A DNA stretch of 64,000 nucleotides from Auanema rhodensis (GCA_964057225.1 OZ059894.1:7068001-7132000), one strand, 5' to 3'; shown: positions 12,901 to 28,435, counted from the first letter of the stretch. Notes: generated by a model from the sequence alone, not told the origin. Program-made: numbers and translations.

Positions 12901-15900
12901 TCACTTCATCCGGGGTAGAAACAGCAGAGCGAACTTGGAGACAACACTTCCGCCAATTTAAGGTTTAGGTACCAGGAATTTATTTTTTAGTTCAAGTGAT
13001 TTAAGATGTAATTGAGGAAAGCAGGTGAAGGTGATAATCTGTCGAACCTTTTTCAACTAGGACAAATTGAAACGACTAAAAAATTCGATTGGAGGGAGGA
13101 AAAGGGAAATCGAAGATCGTGCCGAAATATTTTGTTTATTATGCTTTAAGTGCGGGACGAAAAGTTTGGACGACTCGAAAATCGTTATGTTTTCCATATA
13201 ATTAACTTTGATTTACACATGTTTATACATGAACATATAAACAATTCGGATACAGAACTCAAAATCTCTCTGTTCAAATTGGTTTAACAACATATGCAAA
13301 GCTTCATAAGTATTTATATTTCATGAAGTTTTCATTGTATATGATGAGATGTACATTCATATATACACAGAGGGAACAGTTATGTTTTTTGACTTTAAAA
13401 AATGACGTCATTACTGAATTGCCTAATTTTGTTGAAAAAAATTTAAACAGGAAGATTCAATAATCTTGACGTGAGATTTCCTGGCTACTCGTCTCTTGAG
13501 AAGTCTCTTGACGAGTCCGGGTTGCAATGAGGCACAGAGGCTTCAAGCCAAATGTGAGTTGACAGAGAAGTAGCTTGTGAAGAAAAGCAGTGTATTGAAG
13601 ACATTATGAATTTATATGGAATAGTCAACTGTAAAGTTGACAAACATTAACAATATCAATCAAGATTACATAAGGTGTTCTGGTTGTAATGTTATCTGCC
13701 ACGAGAGATAAGTTACAAGGAGCTGAGAGGACGAAAATAATCTGCAAAGAATAGGATGTGTTTGTATGTGAGTTTTGGAGGATGAACAAGTTGAAGAACG
13801 CTGAATGCGAACGATTTCATACATGTTATGTTTGGGGATTGTTGATGGCTAGAAGTGTTTAATCTTGACAAACTCGCTATCAAATGATTTTTTTCTGATA
13901 ATCCAAACATATCATTATAAAAATCATCTTATAGTTATATTGAATACAAAAAACATATTTGTAAAAAATGAGACTATCATTCATGTTCTAGTAACTATAG
14001 TTTAGGACACCGGAAATTTTTAAAATAATTGTTCTCGAAATTCAGCAGATACGACGTCCGCAGTGAGAGCAATAGAAAAACACAAACTGAAGTGAAAGAC
14101 ACGTTGGGTGCTTCAAGCTTTCAGAGCTTCCTGAGTAAAGGCTTCGAGTTGAATGGAAAAGGCAATAAGAAAATACATATGTTAAAATAATATGGCCATA
14201 GATGTAATTTAAAATATTGATTAAAGAAAATTTAATTGGAAGAAAGCCAACACATTTTAAGATTTCATGAAAAAATGTATAAATAAGTATATTATAGTAA
14301 AAGTAAGACAAGTTATTTGATTAGGAAAACGACAAAGTACAATAACCTTATGTTTTGTTTTGATTTAGCTTATACATATGTCTTTTAGAATAGCCAAAAA
14401 TATTAGAAATTGAATATATTATAGCAATTTGGTAGGAAAATCGCATTTTTTTTGAAATAAAAAAAATGATATATGTTGAGCTTTCCAGAGTAAAGCATGT
14501 AGGACTAGACTTTGTCAGCTGAATGAACAAAATTTTCTGAGAAAAAAAGAAAAAAGATTATTATCTTATTACAAAACATCAAAAAGCATTGGTGAATGAC
14601 GCATATAGGACAGAATAAGAAAAAAAATTTAGTTCTGTTGATACGTACAGGATGCTGATGGGGGGACCAGGAAGAAGAAAATGTTTCTATACATGCTGCA
14701 CAGATTAGCAAGTTAAACGACGCTGATTAAATTATACGTCCATATTCGGAGTGTGTAAAATTTGAACTTCTTCAATGAGAAAACAGACGTTAGTTAGAGT
14801 GTTTTAAGTTTTATTCGTTAAGTTTGTGAAGAGAGAAAGAGAGAGAAAATAGATTTCAGCGTTGCAGCATTACGAGCTGTTCAGGTCAAACTTGTAATTT
14901 GGAGAAGGTTGATTACAAAGACATGTCGTTACTAGAAGATCGTTGATGTTGTGATATCCGATCTTCAACCTGCCGAAGATCATACTTCCTTTCGTCTGTC
15001 TTCCTTTCATTCAGATTTATATATACTGGGTTGGACTAGACGACGTTCAAAGGTTCGGACAACAGTCACACAATATATCCTTGTATCCACTAATGTTACA
15101 GGAGGATTACATTTCACACAATGTAAAGGTCAATTTGATTGGAAGCGTATAGCTAAAGCTAAAGCTATTAAAGCTAAAATTCGGGCTAAGATAAGTGATA
15201 GCTAAGAAAGATTTAGAAGAAAAGTTAAAGAGATTCATCTCAGAAATTGACACCTCTCTTGAACTTTTTTTTTCTAAAAGGTTAAAACTAAAGGTGTGAT
15301 AGAAAGAGAAAAAAGATATGAAGACAAAGTGCTAGAGCAAGTTGAAACGAAGATACCTGACGTCGTTCATAATATTCTTTTTTCTCTTTTGTTCTTAAAA
15401 TTGAAAAAAAAGATAAGAAAAAGAAAGACTTATGAGACAGAAAGTGAGCAAGATCGAAACAACACTATTCTGGCATTTGCATGTTGCACATGTTTGTATA
15501 TATTCTAAAAATACAAGAAAAATAGAGAAGAAATGAGATACAACTAGAGTATGCTTCAAGGCTGAAATGCTCATAGGTAAGATGACTGATCTCATCTGTA
15601 ACCTCATTAATCATTAAATGATTGAAAAGAACAACAACAATACAACCTGAAGTAGCGATGAGCACACTAGTAGAAATAATGAGAGGAAAGAGTATATGGA
15701 AGAAAATCTTATGAAAAGTATGAAGCTGATGAAGATGAAGATATTGCTTAGAATCTGGTCAACGATCATCAAATCAGATACTTTCAGACAATAGAAGGTT
15801 TCATATTCGTCGGCGGAAAAGAGTTAACGGGAAAAGGATGAGGAGGAGGAGATGGGATCAGGAGGTATAGGTACACACAAATATTTCAATACAAACTATG

Positions 15901-18492
15901 CTTTAATGGAAATATATTGGAATATATAGATTTTCGTATAGTTGTTGCATTCCTGTATCATCTGATTCTTCTATATATTCGTGAGCTGATATCTTTGGAG
16001 GATTATCTTGATCTTGAAGACATCTGACGATGCACCAGTTCAAGTTCATGAAAAACAAAAAAAAACACGAGGTGAAATTGGGATTGACGTTATGAATATA
16101 TGAATAATAGATTCATCATTGATGATTTTCTGATTGAGAACTATTGCTTTAAAACTTGAATTTGATTGAGTATCAATAGGCGTATAAACTGACACCCCCT
16201 TAGGTTCTAACCTCTTTTGCCTCGAGGCTATAAATTGTGAAAATATAAGATAAAGATGAAAGGATAACAATTGCGGTGGGCTGTCGGAATCTAAAACCGA
16301 AGAGCAACTGCTCATCTAGTCACCGTCCTGTCGTCGGTGCGTTTTCGTCTCAGCCTGCGTCTTCGGTGCTACTTCCTCCCCCAATCTCTTCCACCCGCTT
16401 CCAATTCTCCATCTCTTTTAACTCTTCATTTTCCTTATCTCTATTGCAAACTTGCTTAATCTCTAGATCTCTATGTGCTCTTAAGCATTCAGGGTCAACA
16501 TCTAGTGACAAAGAATTGCTCACTGCATGACATAAGATAACTTGTCCAGATACTTTAAACAGTTTTCGGAATTCCAGAGATGAGTGAGCGTTTTAATCGC
16601 CACAAAACATTTTTTGTTGTATGGAAAACTTATGATATTTCTTTGTTCGAGTACAGTCCCAAGATCGAGTATAACGAATTTTCAAAGGTTATGTTATGCT
16701 TTTACTTGCTCAAAGGAAATTTTACCTATCAAACTTGAATAATATAAATTGTTTGAACATATTTGAATAAAGAACCTATTCCTATAATTGGAGCTTGTCA
16801 AAGCTTAGAAGCGGGACAAAAGCCAATATATCCGAAATTTGAATGCTATTCTCAAACTCAATATTGTCTTTCAGAAAAATATTCTATGCGCTATTGCAAA
16901 ACTACAGAAACTGGTAAGTGTAAGCACACGATTGATTAAAAACTTCATCGTCATATCCTTACTGGCTAATTTGAATGAAACAGAAAAACTTGATAATAGT
17001 TGAGTAAGAAAATTAGAAAAAATAAATATTTAGAAGAAGATGAGGCTTTGAGCCGTAAACTTAGCTCCCAGTGGCAGTGAATTCTATTTGCTCCGTTGTT
17101 TCTATTTCCCGTTGGGAGCATAATACAATTGTTTCGGCCAGGATGAAGCTGTGATTCTTTCTCCCACTTTCTCCCATATTTCGTCCTTGTCTTCAGCTAT
17201 GTTCGTTGGATTGTTAGCACATTTATCTTTTTAATAAAAATCTGCTTCAAACAAACTATATTTTAAAAATATAAAATTAAATTTGTTTATGAAATACAAA
17301 TGCTCTAAATATACTAAAAAATAATTAAAATCTAAAAGGTTTTCGTCTTTTTTTCGTCTTCGAACTTAAACCCAATTTATAATTTTTGAATTAGAAGCTA
17401 CCTATTTAAAAGATGACTGACAGAGATAAATAACTGATAGAAAAAATGAAAAAATAAGTCTGAGAGAATCAAAGTTTGATTTTAACTTTCTATCAATAGG
17501 GAACATATCTATGAGACGCAGTAAAATGGCATATGACTTTATGATGCGGATGATGATGAGGATGAGAATGAGGATGAAACTGATGAGAGCGATGTGAAAG
17601 AAGAGTTCTATGACAAAGAAATCGAGCTGGTTCTCACTTAGTTGCAAGAACACATCATAACAATAAGCATTCGAATGTGACCAGATAACGAAGCATCAAC
17701 TACATGTTTCAGCTAGGCTGATCTGCATTTGGAGCTGCATTTAGAGATGATTCAAAGAAGTAGCCGTCTGCTCATTTGCAATAACGCGTCGTCAAAAGGA
17801 AGAAGATTCTAAATCGGGCGAGGTGATGGTAGCAGTTGATTTAACGCCTAAGGCAATCATAATGTTCATGAATCATATATAATCTTCAATTGCTGCCCAC
17901 ACATACAATGGTTACGAAAGTATAAGAAGGAGAAGCAGATGAAAAAAAGAAAATTTGTAAAAAACGATATCAAGAACAAGTAATATATATGTATATAATC
18001 AAATAAAACAAAAGCACGAAATATAAAACTAAACCACCATATATGCCAAAAATCGTGTACAAAGGGCGTAAAAGAAACGAGCATGAAACGAGCAAGAAAC
18101 GAACGACAACAAGGCGAACAATACAATGAGGTGGACGATATGGTGAGCCTGTGTTGTATATCTCTCCTGGTGCACTCACGTGAAATAAAGTGACGGAGTT
18201 ATATTTTTTTCTTTTCATTTTCATATTTTCGACTGAAAAGAGCAGCAACGCGGTTGTGTTTATTTCTTTACTTATTTTTTTTCTTTTTAGTTTTCAAAGA
18301 GATGTAGATGCTTTCACCAAATTATTATATTTATTGTTTGTTTGAAACAGAGAAGAATATTAAATATAGTTATATGTCAATAAGTAAGAAGAAATAATTA
18401 AACTAGATTTTCTTTAATTTGAATTTTGATGTCTTTATTCATATACTCATTATTTCTCATTTTCATTCTTTTAAATCCTCTTCAAACCTGAG

Positions 18493-18558
<66 letters not shown>

Positions 18559-18574
18559 CCTCTCTTTCTCTCTC
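18493..18574. repeat. (CT)n microsatellite
   Basis: Directly visible dinucleotide run with a few interruptions. Confidence 0.9.
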
Positions 18575-21155
18575 AATACTTAGATTCTCTCTACATATAT
18601 CATCCTACTCTTCTTCACCTCTTAGTCTATTTCTGTCTCTTTCTCTCCTTCTATTTCTTTCATCAAAAGTGGTGCAAATACATATTAGATATATGAACGC
18701 CTTACCGGATGGGTAAGCTGCTTGGATTTTTCAGAAGCCTAAACTTGTCAAGAGAGAAGAAGACTCTATTGAATTAGAAAACACTTGAATCATTTGAGAA
18801 AAAGCACAACAAACGAAATAATTACTTTGTAAAAAGACCAACGTTATAAGACTATAAGATTATATATAACATTTATCTTAAAACTGAATAAGTTAAGTAA
18901 AAATTGAGATAATAGATGATGGGAAATGTAATGTAATACCAAAAACAACTTCAAATGAGAAGAGACTGGAAGAAGAATGCTGATGAAAGCACCTCAACTG
19001 ACATCATAAGTTGATGTACTTTTCTGAAGAAATGCTTGAAGTTTGGACAAAACTATTCATATCAAACAAGAGTTCGAACATGTTCTTCGTCTTTTTCTTT
19101 TAGATTAGTTTATATCCAAAAAGCTACAACAGAAACAAAATAAGTGCGAATGATGATGGGCTGTCCAGATAACAAAGAGTAGAGTGCCTTGAGCTTTGAA
19201 GAATAAGAGAGAGAGAGAAAAGACAAAATGTTTTTTCATCTTCCACAGATTATAATATTTTTGATTGAGATAGAGAAAAATGCCTATCAACTCGGGGAAG
19301 GAAAAGAATGAATTCAGTAAACCTTTGTGGCCAGCAGTCCACAACTAGTCATTGTAATGCAGATTGATGGTGATTGAATCATCATTGTAGTTGTATTAGT
19401 CAGCTTTTCCTGGTTTCTGCAGCAGACTTTATTTGATTCCGTCTTTATTTATGAATAGAAGACGAAGAGCTTTCATGCGGATGAGAAAAAAAAATTAATA
19501 TAGGGAATCAATTGGAGAAAAAATGCTTAAACTTTGAACTTTTAGGTTAAAATCTCTTTTTATTTTTCAAGCATTAAAGCATGGCTGCAAAGACGAAAAA
19601 GATTAAAGTAATATGAACTTTAAAAGCATTCTTTTTACAAAAGAAAATGAATTTTGCACCGGAAACTACCTTAACGTGTAGGTTGGCTTCCTATTTTCAT
19701 GTAAAATAACTTGAATATGCGCATGTGTTTTGTGGACAAGAGAGGTGGGATGTTGAGAGAAGGAGAGAAAGATAGAGAAAGACAGAAAGATGTGCTACGT
19801 CATCCAAACTTCCATTTTTAGACGTCTTCTGATTTCGTGTCAGACGTGACCGTTATGAGTTGAATGAAGAACATACATATGCTCATAAATGCCCTAGACC
19901 ATGGAGTATCTTCATGAATATTTGTAAGATACGTCAGAAGCATCACTCAAATGCTGAAGCAGATCTGAGCCAGATGAAATAGCAACATGCGTCTGTCTTG
20001 CGTGCCATTTGATTTCAGTTAAACCGTTCATCCATGTATCGATAAATAACCAGAATATGATGTCGACATGAAGGTTGCAGAGCAACTCTATTAAAACATT
20101 ATAATCAACAACAAACACAAGTTGGCATACGACCAAATAATCAAAAACTTGCTTGAATATTCAATCTAGAAATATTTATTAAGTGTAGTACATGAACTAT
20201 TTTTTTAGTTTAATTATATATTTTTAAAAGTTTCGAATAGAATTGCCGCAAGGCAGACATTCCAATAAGATTTATTTAAATAGGAAGTTCATTACGGTTC
20301 GTTTATTATCGAAAATATTTACTTATTTTTTCTGGAGAAACTCTTGAATCTCATTGAACGTTGTTCAAGCATTTCCATAGCTATCAGCTCTAAAATCTTA
20401 ACTTGCTCAACAGCAAGCAGAGAAAACTTTCACGAGGAAGTAAATGAAAATATCTATCATATGAGAAACTTGATGAATTTTGAATATGAATGATGACAAA
20501 CAGTTTTCAATGTTTGAATGTTTTCATTTACCTTTTTCTTTATTTTCATAGCAATTGAAAGCTCTTTATTACTCTCTTCAACCTCTTTTCATAGCATGCA
20601 GAGCTGCCAAGTTGTGGTAAACTCATGATTAATCCTATGCAAAAGTTCTTAAGCTCAGCATGGCTAAGGTAACGCTATGTTACAACAGAACGAAGGAAAC
20701 AAGCAGTGCAGAGCTGAGTACTTATTTGCAAAGAAAGCTCCAAATTGTTGCACATTTCATCTCCCCTCAACTCTATTTGTTGTTATTTTTTGAAAATATT
20801 TGTTCTAGTGGAAGAAAACATAGCTTCTTCGAATTATTTATGAGATGCTGATGTTGCAACTAGTTTCACAGAGCAGTTCACATAAATTACAAACAAGAAG
20901 ACAGAACTCAAAAATTTTTAAAATATGTATGTATCTGCTTGGAAATGATGTATATTGTTAACGCCAGTACAATGAAACAGTTGTTGATTCAGGATATTGC
21001 AAAACGCGTCAAAGACCTTCTGTAAAAATTTTAAAAAGGAATTTTTAAAAAAAAAAGAGAAAAAAACAACAACAACAACTGTCTTATGGCTCAGAAGGTA
21101 TTTAGAGTTGGAAAATTTCACAAAAAAAACCACAAATCTAAAGGAATAATTGTGA

Positions 21156-21181
21156 TCATCATCATCATCATCATCATCATC
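21156..21181. repeat. (CAT)n microsatellite
   Basis: Directly visible trinucleotide run. Confidence 0.85.
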
Positions 21182-21843
21182 TTACAATCATACATGTAAT
21201 TGTGGTGTCTCTTCTTTCTTCCGATGATTTCATTAATGGCGAGGACAGTTTATCAGAAGTAGATTAGGAGAACACATCGAAAATGGTAGTAGGACACGAG
21301 AAGACCTTGAAATATTCCGGGGTGTGGACACACGAGTATCGAGAAACAGAATACAGACGATGGAGTAAGAATGGGTTGAAATCAGATTGAAATCATCTCA
21401 AAATCATTACCCATATTACATAGCCGACAGGCTGTTTCCTTTCTTTTCTTTGTTTTGTTTTTATTTTTGAAAAAAGTTTTTTTGCTGTTCAAATTGTAGT
21501 TGGGCTTGATATCATGCATTCTTTTTCATCCAGATGCTTCGTCATGCCACGTAAATCGTTTTTTTCAAAGTTTAATCCTCATTCCTTCTTAACGTCTCGG
21601 ATCAAAAATTGAGGCGAAAAAATGAGATTCGAAATAAATTTTCAGATTTCGGCCACTGACAAATCGTTTCTCTTTCAATTCTCCTGTCACTGACTCGCTG
21701 TTGTTCATCTTATCTTTGAGATCGATCCTCATCAACACCTTGTAACCCGATTACCTTTCCAGATTCATATTGAGCCCAAAAAGTTTGGAAACAAGTGTTC
21801 GAAAGGAAAAACATTTCATTTTATTTTAATGTTAGCTTCGAAT

Positions 21844-24800
21844 ATGCGGCTCTTGTTTGTCGCTTCTGTATTAATTTGTAAGTTTGATTATTAAATTAAA
21901 GCTAAGTTCTTTATTTCTGTTTCAGTTTTAGCAGATGGCCAACAATATCAGCCTTCGTACGGTAAGCTTATTTAGTTTATTTCCCAAATTTCAAGAAAAA
22001 CGACAATTTCAACATGAAAGGTTTTGAATAATTTTTACAGTTATGTCTTCTTCATGGTCTATGTGGTCTCCGTGGTCATTTTGCTCTCATGGTGTGATGA
22101 TTCGAGTTCGAGCCTGTTCAACCGTTCGTGGATTCAAATGTATAGGACATAACAAGGTAGCATTTCTTCCCATTGAAACCTTTTTCTACCATTTTTTTTG
22201 CAAAAAAAGAATTTCGGAGTCTTTTAAGTTGATTTCAATGTGTGCTGTAGTTAAGCACATCCAAGGTCATTTCTACTCGGCGCCAACTTCACTGACCCAC
22301 TATACGATCTAGGTTTTGAAACAGCTGATTAGTGACCGAGAAACATGTCAAAACGTTTAAAGTTCCGATAATTATCTGTATTGAGGAAAATAATCAAAAC
22401 AAAACTTGTCGAAAAACTGTTTCTATGCCTTAGCCTCCTGTTTTAGGAATTCCAATCATGTGATTCAAGAGCAAGTAATCCCAAAAACTTGGATTACAGC
22501 AGTGAAGAAAATGATCGGTAGTGATAAACCTAATAGTTTAAACAATAAACTGAATCTTTATTTCAGCGAACTTGCGATGCATCAACTTTATGATGATTAC
22601 GATAGCAATTCATCTCCACATACTAAAACACCAACAGGTATGTTTCAAATTTTATTTTCAACCTTTAAATTCTTTTCTATTTTCTTGTAGAAACTAGTAA
22701 AGGATCTCTCCGTACAAGAAGACCTAAAGTTTATACAACTTCACCAGCTTTAACAACAACTACTACTATTTCAACCACAACTACAGCTACAACTACTACC
22801 ACAACTACTACTCCTGTACCACAAACAGTTACAACTACTACTGAAGCACCTACTACAGCTTCTGTCGAAGTTTTGAGTTCGGAAGAAAGTGACTCAGGTA
22901 AGAAATATACAGTAATTATCTTATTTGAACTCAATTTTGTTTTTAGATATCTCGGATTTAGCGATCTTACATAACAACATGAAGTTCAATATAAAGCCTT
23001 CTGATGTAGAAATAAGCGGAGATCCTACAGTTGAAGTAGAACTACTTACCCCAGCTATTGGAAAAGTTGTTGAACCAACAACTTTGGCGGTAAGCATTAC
23101 GATTTATCAATTTTTGATCCAATGATTATCTTACAGACTCCTAGCACTAAAGCTCGTCGTTATTTCAAGGCTTCCTATGTCACAAAGGCACCAGTTGTAG
23201 CCACAATCCCACCCCAACAACCGTAAGCATAGTATTATAAGCTTCATCTATCATTGAGTTTCAGACAACCTAGATTAAAGTTTGTTCAAGCTATACGTGA
23301 TCGTGAATGGGCCCAAGGTACAACTACAGCAGAACCTATTGAAGTAGGATTAACATGCAACCTTTCTGTTGAAAATGTAGAAACAATTTCAGATAACAAG
23401 CAGAAGCGAATTTGAATATAACAGTCATGAATTTGAACTAGCTGCTCCACAAAGGAAGAGTTACCCTATTGTGACTGATAGCGATGTATTCGATCAGCCT
23501 GAAACAAAGGTTTCGGACGAAGCTCAAGTACATAACATCGAGAATCAGGAAAAAAAACATAGAGCGGAACCAAACGAAGGAACATTTTCATTGAATAGCT
23601 GGGGAGCTAACGATATTCAAGAAAGTAACGATGAACCTGTAGAAATAGTTCAAGCCGTTCAACCTACTACAACCACAACAACAACATCTACGACAACGAC
23701 ACCTGAAACAACTTCAACGACCACCACAGAAGCTCCAGCCCCCCCTGTTATTTTTGATATAGAAAGTGGAATTATGGAAGAAATAACAACTACAGCTAAA
23801 CCCCACCATGTACGCAAACTGAAAAATAAAGGAAAAAAGAGTAGATTAGCTAGGTTAGTAGTTTTAAATAGCTTTTAATTAAGCTAAAAATTCTTTTCAG
23901 ACTTAGACGTTTGAATGAAAGAGCCAAAATAAGAACTTTAGCAGTCATTGCTACTCAAAAGGTACAAACATATTGAATAATATCAATTTGTAAAACCCTT
24001 GCTGTTTCAGAATAGATTTAATTCTGGAGAAGTGAAGCCAAAAGAAACTGTGCCAGAAAATACTGTAACTATTCTTTTTTTGTGATAACAGGAACTCTCT
24101 TTGTATTTCAGGATAACAGCCTTGTTGATGGACAAATCGAAGATGAAAATATTACTGAAGATGATGTAAGTTATTTGAAATATATTAAAGTTTATGAACA
24201 ACCGCTCATGACTGTGTAGTTTCTAAAAATAATTCAAACAAAGTCACATGGTTTTGACGTGAATTACAGATCGCATTTAGGAAATAATTGCTTTTTCAGA
24301 TGCTCTCAGGAGATACTGCTAGAGCTTTGTCTTGGCTATTGGCTAACATGACAGCTTCTGTTGATGACAATGACGAAGTTCCCATTGCCGATTCTATTCA
24401 ATTAGAAAAAATTATAAATCAGCCATCATCTTTTTCTATATCTGTAAGTTATTAGACTTCTTTTTTGTTTTCATACGTTTCATTCAGAAAGTTGAAGATG
24501 ATGGAGCTTCATCGTTCCAAGGCCAGTTCTCTGAGCCCCTCTCAACATCAGAATTATCTCAATCGGAGGCAAAGCCTGAAATCAGCGAATTGCAGACATC
24601 TGATGTAGATGATGAAGGTAGCTTGGCAAATATTCTATCCTTTCTAACGATATTACGTCACTGAACTAATTCCAATTCAACTCAATTTCTTCAGAAATGT
24701 GGTCAGGATGGTCAGGTTGGTCCTCATGCAACTGCGGGTTTGCATACCGGAAAAGAACATGCATCTCAAGTACGTTTTCATTGACAACTCCTACTGATCA

Positions 24801-25186
24801 AACATCCCAACGTTTTTACAAATAACATTTGTTTCTCATAATATGCGAAACAAGCAAGCAAGTTCATTAAAATTCATTTATTAATTGATTCATAGTGTAT
24901 GCTGCTATCGAAGATTCATATATAGTTAGCGCTTGAGTAATTATACTTTCATTAACGTTTTAGTTATTGATATACACAAAGTTACTTGAAAAAGGAAATA
25001 TCATCGCAATTTCGTTAGCAAAACTAGAAAAACTAATCGAAATGGACCAAATGAAATTGAAATACATGTACTTCACAACACTCAGACGAGATTATTATCT
25101 TTTCAGAAACAGTGAAATGTGACGAGCCTACCCAGTTCGAGAAAAAGACTTGTGAATCTGTGATGGATAACTGTGAGCAACGCTAA
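21844..25186 (+). CDS. Secreted protein with N- and C-terminal thrombospondin type-1 repeats separated by Thr-rich mucin-like regions
   Basis: Signal peptide MRLLFVASVLIFLADG; WSMWSPWSFCSHGVMIRVRAC...C; poly-Thr tracts (22740-22860, 23660-23730); second TSR WSGWSGWSSCNCGFAYRKRTC...C; stop TAA 25184-25186; many short GT-AG introns. Confidence 0.85.
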
Positions 25187-26427
25187 TCATATTCAGTTCT
25201 TTTATTTTTCTTAACATCTCATTGAGTCTTCTCATTGATATTCTCATATCATATATCACTTTGTCATTCAATACTGAACTAGAACTTCTTTTCGTTTTTG
25301 CCGTCAAATTCGAATATAATTCTGCTCTCAATACTTGATACTATGGGTACTACTATGCTCTATATGTTTTTAAAAATTATTATTTTTTTCTGTTAATCAT
25401 GCAATACATACAGATAACTTCAGTTGCATGGTCTTGTTGACGTCATGAACAGTTTCATGACTTTCTCATATTCCTTCCTCTCAACTATCTTTCTATCCTC
25501 CTCACTGTTTTTCCAGGAAAAGTTTATTTATAAGGAAAGAGAATTGTTTTTATTAATATACATCATTACTAACATCGTCATCTTCTTCTCTACTCTATTC
25601 GTCCCTTCAACCCTTCCACCAACAAATATTGTTCCAGACATCAGATTCTGTCTCTAGATCACTTTGTACTTACTGTCATAATCTTTATGATTTAATAAAA
25701 TATTATTCATTTATATAACCATTTTAGTTAGCCTAATACTTACATGTCATATCTGGCTTACTGTGAAGCAATTTTTTCCGATAAAAAAATGTTTACACTT
25801 CTCCTTGTTGTCCCTAATCGTACGTTAGCCAATGCAATAACTTGGCTAATCTAGACATACACAGGTCATCAAACGAATTTCAATTCATTCAACTAATTAT
25901 CATCAACATCTTCCCCGCCTGTTAACTCGTTCGATTCATCAGTATTGATCTATCATCATCACACATTATCTCCGAAATTGCCAAGTACATTGCGATTCCT
26001 TCAAAGATTTGACCTAAGAGAGAAATGGAATTTGGGACACAAAACGCTTACAACTAGCATTCAAAGACAAATTAAATGATTAAGAGAAGTCAAATCTTTT
26101 TCTTTTGTTTAATCTTCAAAAGAGAAATTATGATTCTTCTTCTTGAAATAGTAACGAGAAAAAAATATTATTTGAAGATTGAAGATAAAAAAATGAAAAG
26201 GTTAGAACATGTAATATAGAAAGAACCTATTATAATAGACAAGAGATTATTAAATCCTAAATCCTTGTAATCAACCAATGTGTCGGTAGCATAAGCCGAC
26301 ATAAGTATGTATATGTATATTCTATAAATTATTATAAAAGACATATATCTATCGATATTTATATATTTCGGCTTCTTCTTCTCCATCTTCTTCATTGTTT
26401 TCTATTTTACTTAATAATATTTGGAGA

Positions 26428-27184
26428 ATGTTTAATCATCATAAACATACCAATACTATAATTATCTATATCTTCATACTATCAGCCGTTTCGATTGTAA
26501 AATCAGATCTGAAGCCTGATTGTACGAAGGAGTTGTATAACAACGTTACTGGAACTGAATGTAAAGATGATTTTCCTTATGAAGGCATTCAATGTTCTAT
26601 TGAAAGTAACACATATCTATGCAATTACTGAATGCCTTCAGATGATATTTCAGATGATTATGAATATTCATTTCAACAAGATAATCGTTTGAGTTTTGAG
26701 ACTTTTTGTTATTTCTTTAATAATTGTCAATATTATGTGAATGTAAGTGATATATAATATATAAAATATTAATTTAATTATATTTTTAGGCAAATGAAAC
26801 ATGTTGTAATACAATATGGTGTCTATTACATTCAAGCTTCTTCAATAATTATAAAGATATAATCAATGAACTTCCCCATAATTTGAAAAAAATTCAAAAG
26901 AATTCATCAAACATTTTCACAAAAGTAAAGTTATTTCTCTGAAAATATCTTTATTCATTTTATCAATATAGAAAGAACAAATAGATATTTCAAAAATGAT
27001 CAAAAAACTTCAAAATGGACTATATACTGTTGAAGTTTTCAAGTTTGGTCTACCTCATACAGAAGCTGTTTTTCTTAGCATCCTGAGAAATCTTCCACAA
27101 CTTCATGAAAGAGTTTGTTCTCATTATTTATTCTTTCTTTTTATATTTAATATATTTTTCTAGATATCCAAAAAGTCTGAGTGA
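26428..27184 (+). CDS. Small secreted Cys-rich hypothetical protein (about 5 exons)
   Basis: Hydrophobic leader IIIYIFILSAVSIVKS, then Cys-rich exons joined by short GT-AG introns (DCTKELY..ECKDD..QCSIE / FCYFFNNC / CCNTIWC). The end coordinate is inferred. Confidence 0.6.
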
Positions 27185-27548
27185 TATTGTCATTCAAGTA
27201 TATTGAGGCATGCACATTCAGAGTTCTTCGTCCTTTCTTCTAGAATTTAATATAAGAGACGACAAATAACAGAAATTGATTCATTCAAACTATTAAAAAC
27301 ATATTTATCATTACACAAAATAAAATAAATGAAATTCATAATAAAGATATGGCTGTACTCGTTATCAATAGGCAACTAAACGACATTTTTACAAATTATT
27401 TCAAACACGAAAAACATACATGTATATTCAAATAGTTAACACCTTGAATACATTATTTTTTTTTTGCAAAAACAAAAGATCAATTTAATTTATTTTTTCT
27501 TTAAAATATTATTTTTCTTTGAAATGCTTTTACAGTTGAAGAGATTTT

Positions 27549-28388
27549 TTACATGTTTATGGCACTTCTTGTTGCTCTATAATTTTCGTAGAGGTAATAA
27601 ACCCAATAAAACAAATTCAGAATACAAAATGACACCGGGAATATCTTTCTGAATAATAGAATTTGTGCAAATTATGCTTTTAAATTAAAGACTTACCTAC
27701 AGTACCTATCGATAACTTCTGCTGTCCACTTCTCTTCCACTTCTGATTCCTCATTCAACAAACCAAATGAAGCTAAAGCGTGTAGAGATTCGAATACGCT
27801 GTTAACCTGGAGAATAAACTTAATCATAATCCAAATTTAATTAATTTCAAGTTGTGAAGTCATGTTGCTAAGCTTATAAACTAACTTGATTACGTTCTAC
27901 CATTCGCGGATCTCCATTTCTCTCCTAAATAAGCAAAATAATCTGTTTCTATATGTTTATGAACATAAATATATTTTAATATTATCATAATCAAACTTAC
28001 AATATCTGATTTAGTTTGTTGGGACTCTAATTCAACTAGTGTATCGTTTGAAACAGCTGTTGCTCCATAGTTGGCTCCATAATTCTTATTTGTCTTCCTT
28101 CTGATTGATTGTATCAATGAAAATATTGAAAGAAAAAGCATTTCATTTACTTGGCGTTCTGTTTTGTTTGTAATAACTTGATTCTTTCTTTCTTCTTTAT
28201 AGCATGTTCTTTACGTAGTTTTTGTCTGTTTGTTGCCTCCAGGTAGCACACGAAAGCAACTTCCATCATAGTCAGAAAGATAAATCTGTGAAGAAATACA
28301 TACACATGCATATAGTATATGTATATGAATTAATATTTGAGTATATATATGAGCATAATGTATTGAACCAAATGACTTTTTCTCTCTC

Positions 28389-28435
<47 letters not shown>

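Noticed and set aside
13487-13517. Small inverted repeat ACTCGTC...GACGAGT
   Set aside because: Single short copy with no TSD or second instance; not enough to call a MITE.
17041-17220. GC-richer patch with minus-strand peptide EDKDEIWEKV, faintly like an RTE endonuclease or MADF
   Set aside because: Too short, has stops, and shows no second motif.
10000-21800. Short ORFs and isolated splice-like sites in the 11.8-kb gap between divergent genes (e.g. 16046-16315)
   Set aside because: Low-complexity AT-rich translations; no consistent exon chain could be built. Unseen 5' exons or ncRNAs are not excluded.
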